A DNA stretch of 64,000 nt, from NCBI GenBank assembly GCA_039030515.1, contig JBCCEA010000018.1:1684-65683 (forward strand), in the 5' to 3' direction. The notes below the pieces were generated by a model. That model had not been told where the DNA came from and searched no databases. It saw nothing but the letters and a program-made list of their open reading frames with translations. A program made the position numbers and the translations under genes. This DNA is from Myxococcota bacterium (GTDB lineage: Bacteria; Myxococcota_A; Polyangia; Polyangiales; Houyiibacteriaceae). Of this stretch, positions 18,303 to 27,176 are shown piece by piece. Position 1 is the first letter of the stretch. Every line of letters starts with the position of its first letter.

Positions 18303-19054
18303 CTCGCCGCCGTTTGGTCGTCGGGAATTGGAAGCTTCATAAGTCTGTTGCGGAAAGTGTCGCCTTTGTGGATTCCCTTAGAGGTACACTTGCCGAGCGC
18401 CTCCCCTGCGACGTCGCCATAGCGCCGACTTTTCTAGCCCTTGATGCGGTGCACAAGGCGCTGGCTGGATCCTCCGTGCAACTTGCCGCGCAACACTGCT
18501 ACCACGAAAGCGCCGGAGCCTATACCGGAGAAGTGAGCGCCCTGCTCCTTCGCGACGTTGGCTGTGTGTATTGCATCGTCGGTCATAGCGAGCGGCGTCA
18601 GCTGTTCGGTGAGACGGATGAACACGTTGCACAAAAAACTCGTGCTCTGTTGCATCACGGACTGGTGCCCATCCTGTGCGTGGGTGAGACTTTGATGCAG
18701 AGAGATTCGGGGCAAGCGGAGCAGGTGGTTCTCGATCAACTCGGCGTCGCGATGGACGGGCTGTGCATGGAAGATGCGGCGCGAGTCGTGGTCGCCTACG
18801 AGCCGGTGTGGGCTATCGGCACGGGCTACACCGCCGCACCAGGAGATGCGCAGGCGATGCATCGCCGTATCCGTCTTGCGCTCGACGAGCTTTTTGGTTC
18901 TGCCTCCGAGGGTCAGCGAATCATCTACGGAGGCAGCGTCAAACCGGAAAACGCAGCCGAACTTCTTGCCCTACCCGATGTCGATGGGGCGCTCGTCGGT
19001 GGAGCTTCACTGAACGTTGAATCCTTTGTGGCCATCGCCAGTGCAGCCAACTGA
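18299..19054 (+). CDS. tpiA: Triose-phosphate isomerase
   Basis: VVGNWKLH, IVGHSERR and AYEPVWAIGTG are present. It shares an ATGA overlap with pgk. Confidence 0.95.
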   Translation: MTRRRLVVGNWKLHKSVAESVAFVDSLRGTLAERLPCDVAIAPTFLALDAVHKALAGSSVQLAAQHCYHESAGAYTGEVSALLLRDVGCVYCIVGHSERRQLFGETDEHVAQKTRALLHHGLVPILCVGETLMQRDSGQAEQVVLDQLGVAMDGLCMEDAARVVVAYEPVWAIGTGYTAAPGDAQAMHRRIRLALDELFGSASEGQRIIYGGSVKPENAAELLALPDVDGALVGGASLNVESFVAIASAAN

Positions 19055-19103
19055 ACCTGTGCCAAGCTGAATCAGCGCATCAAGTTAAATCAAGGAAGCT
19101 TCT

Positions 19104-19541
19104 ATGTTCATCGTTTTGACCGCACTGTATGTCCTCGTATGCCTCTTTCTCATCATGGTCGTGCTTCTCCAATCCGGAAAAGGTGGGGGACTCGGGACCG
19201 CGCTCGGCGGGGGCGCCAGCCAACAAGTATTCGGTGGCGCTGGAGCGGGCAATCTTCTGACCCGAGCTACGTCGGTTGCAGCCGCGTTGTTTATGCTGCT
19301 GAGCGCCACCCTTGCCTATATGTCGTCAAGCTCTGAGAAGGCGCTGACCGACGCCGAGAGCAATTTCAACGCAACTCTTGAGTCCGCAGCGGATGAAGAA
19401 GTCACGAGTTCGGAGCGCTCTGATGCCAAAGACGCGCGAGCGAAAGACCCCGACGAGACGTCCAAGGACGATCTGAACAGCCCGAGTTCCTCAGATTCTG
19501 AGCTGCGTGCCCCTTCGGCATCAGAGCAAGACTCCGATTAG
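19104..19541 (+). CDS. secG: Preprotein translocase subunit SecG with an extended acidic/Ser-rich C-terminal tail
   Basis: LVCLFLIMVVLLQSGKGGGLG...GAGNLLTRATSVAAALFMLLS. An AAGGAAG Shine-Dalgarno sequence is present. It sits in the conserved position after tpiA. Confidence 0.85.
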   Translation: MFIVLTALYVLVCLFLIMVVLLQSGKGGGLGTALGGGASQQVFGGAGAGNLLTRATSVAAALFMLLSATLAYMSSSSEKALTDAESNFNATLESAADEEVTSSERSDAKDARAKDPDETSKDDLNSPSSSDSELRAPSASEQDSD

Positions 19542-19575
19542 GCGATTCACGTTGGCACGTCTCGGGACGAACCCT

Positions 19576-20511
19576 TCATGAGACTTTGGGTGCCTCAACT
19601 CGCTCGAATTGTTTCATGAATGCTGAGAGTTCACTGGCGCCAGAGTGCCCCATGCCGTGTTCAACAAGCTGAGCAAGATCCTCGTGCATCGCTGCCGCAG
19701 ATGGATATCGACGTTCTCGTTCGAAGTTCATCGATCGCACGACGATGTCCGTAAGAGCGCTGGGCACCTCGGGGTTCATCTCACAGAGCGCGACGTAAGC
19801 CGCATCGAAAACGGTTGCTGCGGTTTGCCCTCCCGCCGTTTGTCGAAACGGGTTGTGGCCCAAAATCACCTCGTACAGCAAGACTCCAAGCGAAAACAGA
19901 TCGGTTCGCTGGTCCAAAAGCCCATCATCTTGAATCTGTTCGGGCGACAAGTATGCCCCCACGGAACCACCTTCGATCGTTGCCCGGTCTAGAGCGCCTT
20001 TGAGGTGACTGCATGCCTTGGCGATGCCGAAGTTGGCGACCTTGACCTGTCCGTCGTGACTCAGAAACACGTTGGACGGGGAGATGTCTCGATGGATGAT
20101 GTTGAGAGGCTGCATTTCAGAGTCTCGATGTCGGTGTGCGTAATCAAGACCTCTGGCCACCTCACTGATGATATACACTCCGAGTTCAGCAGGTATCCGC
20201 TGTGTGCGCTCTTTGCTTGCCCTTAACACGTGATCAAGTGTGTTACCGGATAGATGTTCCGTAGCGATAAAGTAGCTATCGTGAGCGTAGCCCATATCGA
20301 AGACTTGAACGATATTGGCATGACATAGGTTTACCGTTGTTTTGGCCTCATCTAAGAATGCGGCTACGAACTCTGAGTTGTGGTTCAGCTCTGGCGAGAT
20401 CTTTTTGATCTCTAGTGTCTTTTCAAAGCCCTCTACCCCTAGTGATTTGGCTTTGTATACTTCGAACAAAGGGTCGCGACTTAGCAGTTCGATAAGTTGA
20501 TAGTTGTTCAT
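19576..20511 (-). CDS. Stand-alone protein-kinase-fold protein with degenerate catalytic motifs (predicted pseudokinase)
   Basis: 311 aa, kinase domain only. The G-loop reads LSRDPLFEVY with no Gly. LEIKK retains the Lys. The catalytic loop is HRDISPSN (Lys to Ser). NFG replaces DFG. SPE is present. It shares an ATGA overlap with the upstream ABC gene. Confidence 0.8.
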   Translation of the reverse strand: MNNYQLIELLSRDPLFEVYKAKSLGVEGFEKTLEIKKISPELNHNSEFVAAFLDEAKTTVNLCHANIVQVFDMGYAHDSYFIATEHLSGNTLDHVLRASKERTQRIPAELGVYIISEVARGLDYAHRHRDSEMQPLNIIHRDISPSNVFLSHDGQVKVANFGIAKACSHLKGALDRATIEGGSVGAYLSPEQIQDDGLLDQRTDLFSLGVLLYEVILGHNPFRQTAGGQTAATVFDAAYVALCEMNPEVPSALTDIVVRSMNFERERRYPSAAAMHEDLAQLVEHGMGHSGASELSAFMKQFERVEAPKVS

Positions 20512-22448
20512 GAGTGAGGTGCGTTTGCGAACTGAAGTTCGTATAGCTTTTTGTATACGCCGTGTTTCTGGAGCAGCGTGTGATGCGAACCGCGTTCCAC
20601 GATCTCACCTTTGCGTAAGACGATGATTTCGTCTGCGCGACGTATGGTGGACAAACGATGAGCGATGATGATCGCTGTTCGTCCTTCCAGGGTGCGTTCG
20701 AGCGCCTGCTGTATCGATGATTCGGTTTGAGAATCAATATTGGCGGTTGCTTCATCGAGAATCAGAAAAGGAGCGTCCCGATAAAGCGCTCTCGCAAAGG
20801 CAAGTAGCTGTCGTTGACCCGCGCTGAAGTTGCTTCCTCGTTCGTCCACGAGAGCGTCCAATCCACCTCTCGCTTGAATCCATTCCCATGCGCCCATGTG
20901 CTGGAGCGCCTGCCTTGCGCGCATCGGGTCTGCAGCGCCGGTCGTCATCGCTATGTTGTCCAGCACGGTGCCTGCAAAGAGAAAAACATCTTGCTGTACC
21001 ACTGAAAAGTACTTCCGCAGCGCGGCCCGGTCGAGATGAAGGTGGTCGGTTCCTTCGATCAAGATGCGGCCAGAGGTCACGTCGTAGAAGCGAAGCAACA
21101 AACTGGTCAAGGTGGTTTTCCCGGAGCCGGTTGGCCCTACGATGGCGACCGTCGTTCCTTTTCGGATGGTGAGGTCGATACCCTGCAAAACCGGATGTCC
21201 CGCGCGGTACTCAAAACAAACGTCTTGAAACGCTATCGCGGCAGCGCTCTTTGCGCGCTCGTCCATGGGCTTCTGGCTGCAAGTATCCGCGCTTGGTGGG
21301 CCGTCGGGTATTCGGCGGGGCTCCGGAGCATCGACTTCGGATACGTCGAGCAATGAAAAAATTCGCTCTGCGGATGCAATGGAGGACTGAATAATCGTGT
21401 ATTTGGTCGCCAAGTCTCGAATCGGAATAAAGAAACGCTGAATGTACTCGTAAAATGCGATGACGGTGCCGACATAGGCCGCTACCGCCACGGGGTCACC
21501 GAGGGCGTTTGCTCGATTGGCTGCATAAAAGAGAATGATCGCCACACATGCGACTGAGACCGACTGAACTACAGAATAAAGCAGGGCGTCAAAACGAATC
21601 GCCCGATGGTTTGCATCACGAAATGCGCCATTGATGCTTTTGTATTCTTCGAGGCACTCGAGCTCCTTACTGAACGCCTGCACGACCGCAAGGCCCGAAA
21701 CCTGCTCGGACATAAATGCATTGAGCTGTGCGATTCGAAGACGCTGTTCCCTAAAAGCCCTTCTAGCAAATCGGCGAAAGATATTGACGCAAAGCACCAG
21801 TGGAGGAAGTGCGAGGAGGGTGAGCAAGCTAAGGCGCCAATCGATGTACAGCATGAAGCCGACGATTCCTACCAGGGTGATCAGATCGGCAATCGCGGTG
21901 ATCGCGCCTGAGGCGAACAGTTCGGAGAGGCTGTCTACATCATTCGTGATGCGGGTAACGAGTCGTCCGACAGGAGTGCGATCAAAGTAGGCTACGGGGA
22001 GGTGCTGGACGCGATCGAAGACGGCTCGGCGCAGCGCCGCCATCGACTTCTGCCCCGCGTACTGCATCGAATAAGTTTGGGCGAACCTGGCGCAAAACTC
22101 CGCGACGACCGTGAGGGCGAACATTGAAACCACGTCAAGCAGGAGATCGATGCTCCGATCGACGACCGCCGCATCGATGGCTTCCTTGAGAAGGTAGGGT
22201 TGAAGGAGTGAGGCTGCTGCAGTCACCGGCAGCATCACCAGGGCAAAGATCAGGGTCGGCATTTGCGGACCGACGAAGGGCACGAGGCGTAGCAGTAGAC
22301 GGAGTTCCTGATGGGTTTCGCCAACAACTTCCTCATGGAATGCCTGAACCATCAGTCCCGACGTGCTCGGCGTCGGACTCTGGGTGCTCGCACTCTGGAT
22401 GCTCGGACTCTGGATGCTGGTAGCTTCGCTTTTGATCCGCCTGGTCAT
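20508..22448 (-). CDS. ABC exporter half-transporter (TMD-NBD), consensus-site subunit with a non-canonical signature motif
   Basis: Walker A is GPTGSGKTT, the signature is FSAGQRQ, Walker B is FLILDEATANID and the H-loop is IIAHRLST. The N-terminal tail is a pentapeptide repeat SIQSP/SIQSA/STQSP. Confidence 0.9.
   Translation of the reverse strand: MTRRIKSEATSIQSPSIQSASTQSPTPSTSGLMVQAFHEEVVGETHQELRLLLRLVPFVGPQMPTLIFALVMLPVTAAASLLQPYLLKEAIDAAVVDRSIDLLLDVVSMFALTVVAEFCARFAQTYSMQYAGQKSMAALRRAVFDRVQHLPVAYFDRTPVGRLVTRITNDVDSLSELFASGAITAIADLITLVGIVGFMLYIDWRLSLLTLLALPPLVLCVNIFRRFARRAFREQRLRIAQLNAFMSEQVSGLAVVQAFSKELECLEEYKSINGAFRDANHRAIRFDALLYSVVQSVSVACVAIILFYAANRANALGDPVAVAAYVGTVIAFYEYIQRFFIPIRDLATKYTIIQSSIASAERIFSLLDVSEVDAPEPRRIPDGPPSADTCSQKPMDERAKSAAAIAFQDVCFEYRAGHPVLQGIDLTIRKGTTVAIVGPTGSGKTTLTSLLLRFYDVTSGRILIEGTDHLHLDRAALRKYFSVVQQDVFLFAGTVLDNIAMTTGAADPMRARQALQHMGAWEWIQARGGLDALVDERGSNFSAGQRQLLAFARALYRDAPFLILDEATANIDSQTESSIQQALERTLEGRTAIIIAHRLSTIRRADEIIVLRKGEIVERGSHHTLLQKHGVYKKLYELQFANAPHS
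22375..22419. repeat. 3 x 15 bp imperfect tandem repeat encoding the S-(I/T)-Q-S-(P/A) N-terminal tail of the ABC subunit
   Basis: The three units are ggactctgggtgctc, gcactctggatgctc and ggactctggatgctg. Confidence 0.8.
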
Positions 22449-24253
22449 AGCCCTGCGAGTTCTTCTTCGAGAGCCTGTTGCCCCGCGAGCTTTGCGTAGA
22501 CGCCATCGTTTCGGATCAGCTCTTGGTGCCGGCCCGATTCGACCACTGAGCCCGCGTCGATCACCACGATGTGATCGGCTTTGGACGCGGCCGCGACCCG
22601 ATTGGTGATGAGCAGCATGGTTCGCTCCCTACCCGCTTTTTCTAGAGCTTCCAGGATGAGGGTTTCCGTGTGCGCATCCACGGCGGACATCGGATCGTCG
22701 AGCACGATCACGGCAGGCTCGTTGAGGAGCGCCCTTGCGAGGGCGACTCGCTGTTTTTGTCCTCCCGAGAGCTGAACTCCGCGTTCCCCAACCACAGTGT
22801 CAAAACCCTCGGGCAATCGATCGATATCTTCACACACCACCGCTTCTGCGGCGGCGTGGCGCACTTTTAGGTAGGCGCGCTCTTCATCGCACTCCCGCGG
22901 CAAGGGAAACGCGATGTTGCGGGCGACGGTACTTGAAAATAGGAACGGCTCCTGCTGCACATAGCCGACCTGACTGCGGAGACTCCGTAATTTTAGTGCC
23001 GTCACATCCTGACCTCCCAGGAACACGGTGCCCTTCGGGGTGTCCTGCAAGCGGGGCAGGAGGCTTGCAAGCGTGCTTTTGCCGGCGCCGGTCGGTCCCA
23101 CAAGGGCCAAGGTTTCTCCCGCGTGCAGGTGAAATGAAATATCGTGCAGCACCTCGCGGTCCCCGTAGGAAAACGAAAGATTCTCGACTCTGAGATCTCC
23201 CTGTGAAGGGGCCTCAACGGCATTTGGAAGCTCTGGAACCACAGGCTTTGACTCGAGTATTTCACGTACTCGAGCGAAGGAGGCTCGACCTCTGCCGACC
23301 ACAGAAAGCAACCAGCCAAGCGACAGCGTCGGCCATATCAACTGTCCGAGGTAGGCGTTAAACGCAGCGAATTGCCCCACCGTCAGCTTTTCTTGAACCA
23401 CCATCGCTCCGCCCTTCCAGAGTACGGTGAGCGTTCCAATCGAGCCGATGGTCATCAGTACCGGCCACATCACCGACCGGATCACTACGAGCCGCATGTT
23501 TTTCTGAACCAAATCCTGATTCACCCGCTCAAATCGCTCCGCCTCGTGTGTTTCGGCTCCGTAGGCACGGATGAGTCGCACTGCAGCCATGTTCTCCTGG
23601 GCCACCTCGGAGAGTCTGCCTAGAGCCTCTTGCGCCTGCTGGCTTCGGCTGAATAGAGTTCGTCCAAAGCTCCGAGCGAATAAAATGAAGAGGGGATAGG
23701 GGAGCATGGCATAGAGCGTGAGCTCCGCTGAGATGCTCGCCATCAGTGCGAGGCCGGCCCCGTAGGCGAGAGAGGTATTCACTGCGTTGAGAGTGCCAAA
23801 TCCTACCAGCAAGCGGACTTGGGCCAGGTCGTTTGTAGCGCGACTCATGATCTCACCGGTCGAATACCGCACCAGCAAGGATGCTCCTAGGGTATGGACC
23901 TTAGACAGGAGCGCGTTCCTCAAATCGAACTCGATGTCTCGACCCACATTGAAGACGACAACGCGGCTTGCGGTCCGAACAAGCCACATCACCGCTGCCG
24001 TCGACACTACGGCTATCGCCAAGGTTCGAACCGTGTGGAAATCCGACGCGACAAAGGCGTCGACAGCATGCTGCAGCATCCAGGGAACCGCCTTGTCGAG
24101 GGCGTTGGTCAGAACCAAAAGCGCACTGCCCAAAAACAGTCGGTTTCGATACGGCTGCACATAGGTCAGGAGGCGTTGCGGGCTCGGCTGCGCTCCTGAT
24201 GTGTTCGCTGCCTGAGGGTCCGCGCAGGCTGCGTCTGCTGATACCGTTTGCAT
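22445..24253 (-). CDS. ABC exporter half-transporter (TMD-NBD), degenerate-site subunit
   Basis: Walker A is GPTGAGKST and the signature is LSGGQKQR. Walker B is VIVLDDPMSAVD, with Asp where the catalytic Glu should be. LLITNRVA has Asn in the H-loop position. It shares an ATGA overlap with the downstream ABC gene. Confidence 0.9.
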   Translation of the reverse strand: MQTVSADAACADPQAANTSGAQPSPQRLLTYVQPYRNRLFLGSALLVLTNALDKAVPWMLQHAVDAFVASDFHTVRTLAIAVVSTAAVMWLVRTASRVVVFNVGRDIEFDLRNALLSKVHTLGASLLVRYSTGEIMSRATNDLAQVRLLVGFGTLNAVNTSLAYGAGLALMASISAELTLYAMLPYPLFILFARSFGRTLFSRSQQAQEALGRLSEVAQENMAAVRLIRAYGAETHEAERFERVNQDLVQKNMRLVVIRSVMWPVLMTIGSIGTLTVLWKGGAMVVQEKLTVGQFAAFNAYLGQLIWPTLSLGWLLSVVGRGRASFARVREILESKPVVPELPNAVEAPSQGDLRVENLSFSYGDREVLHDISFHLHAGETLALVGPTGAGKSTLASLLPRLQDTPKGTVFLGGQDVTALKLRSLRSQVGYVQQEPFLFSSTVARNIAFPLPRECDEERAYLKVRHAAAEAVVCEDIDRLPEGFDTVVGERGVQLSGGQKQRVALARALLNEPAVIVLDDPMSAVDAHTETLILEALEKAGRERTMLLITNRVAAASKADHIVVIDAGSVVESGRHQELIRNDGVYAKLAGQQALEEELAGL

Positions 24254-24366
24254 CGTGTTCTGCTATCCAGCGATGCCGGTGCCGCAGCAACGCGAATCCG
24301 CTTCTCGCCTGCCTAGCGAATAGTTCCTCAAGCGCTCGGGTGCCAGTGTTGCGCGCTCTTTATTCA

Positions 24367-26277
24367 CTAGCGTCGCATCAGCCCTTTCCGACGCAGCATC
24401 AGCAAAAGACACGGCATTGAGAGAATCATCCACTCCGAAGTGCCTCCTTTTTGCCCTGATCCGACGCTGCAGCCGCTTCCACCATTTTTGACGGGCACCG
24501 GCGTGCAAACGGAGTCGGGCCACTCCGGGCAGTAGTAGTCGGCGGGGCATGATTCAGCCGACGTACATGAAATGGTGCATAGGGGCGATGCTTCAAACGC
24601 TACACATCGTCCCTTGCAGTCGCTGCTGGTGGAACAAGGCCGACCGAGATCCGATAGTGGTGTGCAGATTTTGCCGCGTGGCGAATCGTCGCATACAAAT
24701 CCCGCCGAACACTCTGAGTCCGCGCCGCTCGAATCCACACTGCCTGCGTCTGCTCCGCAGGGGGACGCGCAGACCAGCCCGTCGCTTAAAGCGATGCATA
24801 CTCCTGTGCTGCAGTCGCGATCGAGCTGGCAAGACTGTCCTACGATGGCGAGTGGCGCGCATGTTCCACATCGGGCCTCGATGTCGGTCATGCAGCGAAG
24901 TCCATCCGGACAGCTGTCCTCAAAACCCATAGAGATGCAGAGAGTTACGCAAGTTCCCTGCATGCACGAACCGCTAGTGCAGTCGGCATCCTCTGCGCAA
25001 GCGTCTCCTGCGGATCGAAGGTTTGAAGCTGCAGCGACACAGTACCCCAGCTCACAGCGCGGTCCGGATGCGCAGACAAAGCCGGCAGGACAGCTTTGTT
25101 CGGACAGCCGGTCGCAGCTTCGGGAGCAGCGACCTTGGTGACATACGCCATCTCGGCATGATTCCGATGAATCACATGAACCACCTAAAGCCACGCCAGT
25201 CTGGTTCACCGGCGCACAACCGAGTTCTTTACAAACGCCCTCATTTCCACATTCGGTGCTGCTGGCGCATCGATCGCTCGGCACGGTGCAACTCGGGATT
25301 CGTCCGAAGAACCGTACGCACTGTCCCTCTCCAAACACCTCTCGACACACTTCAGAGGGATCGCAGTCGCCATCAAAGGAACAGGCCTGTCCACAATACG
25401 AGTTTCCTCCGCCATAGGGCACGCATAGATCGCTACCTGAGCCACATTCTCCACTAGACTCACATGCGCGACACACCTGGGTTGAGGGATCTGGAGCTGT
25501 GCATGCGCCAGCGTGACACTCAAGCGGCTCGGGGCACCCAAAGGCGGTGCAGCTGGCCTCCGAACGATAGAGATAGCAAAGACCATTGCGATCGTCTGGT
25601 TGGAGTCCCACTCCCTGACTGTAGTTTTGGTACATCAGAGAGGAGGGATCACCGGAGTGTCCAAGACCAAAGAAATGACCTAACTCATGAAGCAATACGG
25701 TGTGCAGGTCGAGAGTTCCCTCGGTCAGAGTGGAAGCGTCCGCATCGCTGAACTCGTAATGCACTCCGTTGACGAAGATATCCGATTCGTCAACGCAGGT
25801 CCCTGCGTTGGTTTGGGTGACCGTTATCGCGATTGCGCCAGGATCGTAGATCCAATCTGAGGCGAGGAGTTCGATAGACGAGGTGCCGTCTTGCGTTCCG
25901 GCACTCCATGCAGCTTCCGCGGTACGAATGCTTGCAAGGGGCAGACTGCAGCCCACTGCCTCAAATTCTTGAATGGACTGCTCCGCAATCATGCCGAGAT
26001 CGAGTTGCGGAAATGCGCTTGAATGCGCGATCCAGATGTCTGGCTCTTCACACCAGGTGCTGCACTGCGACTGAAGACACGAAAACGCAAGGACATGTTC
26101 GGACCAAAACAAAACCGAGAGAATCACGACAAGGGCCGTCGCTTGAGGTCTTGGCTTGAGCCACGTTTCCGAGCCACATTCAGGGTTTCGACAACACCTC
26201 AAAAACCCGCTGCACAAAGACGCGCGATGCGTTGAGACCTCCAATAGCCCTGAGGCTAAAGAGCCGATCGAAGACAC
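24367..26277 (-). CDS. Secreted matrixin-type (M10) zinc metalloprotease with a long Cys-rich repeat region and a MYXO-CTERM-like sorting tail
   Basis: HELGHFFGLGHSGDPSSLMY supplies the HExxHxxGxxH motif plus the Met-turn. About 330 aa of repeated Cys patterns follow. The C-terminus reads GGSGCSVGSG...WMILSMPCLLLMLRRKGLMRR (Gly-Cys motif, TM helix, basic end). The start is a GTG, and about 45 aa precede the hydrophobic core, so the start is uncertain. Confidence 0.8.
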   Translation of the reverse strand: MSSIGSLASGLLEVSTHRASLCSGFLRCCRNPECGSETWLKPRPQATALVVILSVLFWSEHVLAFSCLQSQCSTWCEEPDIWIAHSSAFPQLDLGMIAEQSIQEFEAVGCSLPLASIRTAEAAWSAGTQDGTSSIELLASDWIYDPGAIAITVTQTNAGTCVDESDIFVNGVHYEFSDADASTLTEGTLDLHTVLLHELGHFFGLGHSGDPSSLMYQNYSQGVGLQPDDRNGLCYLYRSEASCTAFGCPEPLECHAGACTAPDPSTQVCRACESSGECGSGSDLCVPYGGGNSYCGQACSFDGDCDPSEVCREVFGEGQCVRFFGRIPSCTVPSDRCASSTECGNEGVCKELGCAPVNQTGVALGGSCDSSESCRDGVCHQGRCSRSCDRLSEQSCPAGFVCASGPRCELGYCVAAASNLRSAGDACAEDADCTSGSCMQGTCVTLCISMGFEDSCPDGLRCMTDIEARCGTCAPLAIVGQSCQLDRDCSTGVCIALSDGLVCASPCGADAGSVDSSGADSECSAGFVCDDSPRGKICTPLSDLGRPCSTSSDCKGRCVAFEASPLCTISCTSAESCPADYYCPEWPDSVCTPVPVKNGGSGCSVGSGQKGGTSEWMILSMPCLLLMLRRKGLMRR

Positions 26278-26284
26278 GTGTTTG

Positions 26285-27091
26285 TTAGCTAGGCGTTTCG
26301 TGAACAGGCGGCAATCTCAAATATCGAGTGAGCTTCTGGGTGCCGATATAAAATGGCAGCGTATCGACGAGTGCACAAGACGCTTTGAACACATAGCCTG
26401 AGTAAATGTAGGTCCATAGCTGGCTGAAGGTGCTTTGGCTCGGATCGATATAGAGGGCTTGCGCATAATAGTGAGTGATCAGAATCACTGAGAAGGTATC
26501 TACGAACTGACTCACTAAAGTCGACGCGTTGTTGCGTAGCCAAAGATGCTTGCCTTGTGTTTTACGCTTCCAGAAGTGAAAGATATGCACATCCACTAGT
26601 TGCGCAAATAGATAGGAAATCATTGAAGCGACGACAGCTCCGAACGTGAGCGTCCGGATTGTGAAAAACGCATTCACTCTCGACCCTTCGATGGAATTCG
26701 GGTCGTAGCTGCTGGGCAACTCACCGGGAAGGACACCACCAAGCCAAAGGATGAAGAGCACCCAAGCATTGAGGATGAGGCCCATCCAAACCACCTGGCT
26801 TGCGCGTTTCTTGCCGTAAAGCTCGGAAATAAAGTCGGTGCAGAGGAACGTGATGGGGTAAGGCAGGACTCCCACTGGAACCATAAAGGGGATGTGGTAG
26901 CCGAGTATGTCAAAGGACATGTTCAGAAACCGAGTGACGCTGAGCACGTTGAGTACAGAAAGCGATCCGAGAAAGATTCCGGAACACAGTAAAAAGATGC
27001 CCTCCCGTCTCTGCTGTAGCGTTTGCGGTCGAAGAGAGGGAAGACCCTCGTATGTGTATTGCTCGCTAGGAAGCGGTAGTCCCTCAGACAT
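26285..27091 (-). CDS. yhhQ: Queuosine-precursor transporter (YhhQ / VUT family)
   Basis: 268 aa polytopic protein with GVLPYPITFLCTDFISELYGKKRA and a VSQFVDT motif. An AAGGA Shine-Dalgarno sequence lies 6 nt upstream. Confidence 0.85.
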   Translation of the reverse strand: MSEGLPLPSEQYTYEGLPSLRPQTLQQRREGIFLLCSGIFLGSLSVLNVLSVTRFLNMSFDILGYHIPFMVPVGVLPYPITFLCTDFISELYGKKRASQVVWMGLILNAWVLFILWLGGVLPGELPSSYDPNSIEGSRVNAFFTIRTLTFGAVVASMISYLFAQLVDVHIFHFWKRKTQGKHLWLRNNASTLVSQFVDTFSVILITHYYAQALYIDPSQSTFSQLWTYIYSGYVFKASCALVDTLPFYIGTQKLTRYLRLPPVHETPS

Positions 27092-27176
27092 ACGTATCCT
27101 TATTCTTAAGCCGGCATCCTTCGTATAGGACAGCGTCGTTCAACTACCCGCATGGTCCGGCTAGACTGGGTGTCGT

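Noticed and set aside
27092-27176. A possible preQ1 riboswitch upstream of the queuosine-precursor transporter yhhQ. This is a common association.
   Set aside because: The 85 nt leader has a long-range AGCCGG/CCGGCU stem. I could not find the preQ1-I core (short P1, ACCC, an A-rich tail ending in the Shine-Dalgarno sequence) or anything resembling the class II or III layouts. A covariance-model scan would be needed to be sure.
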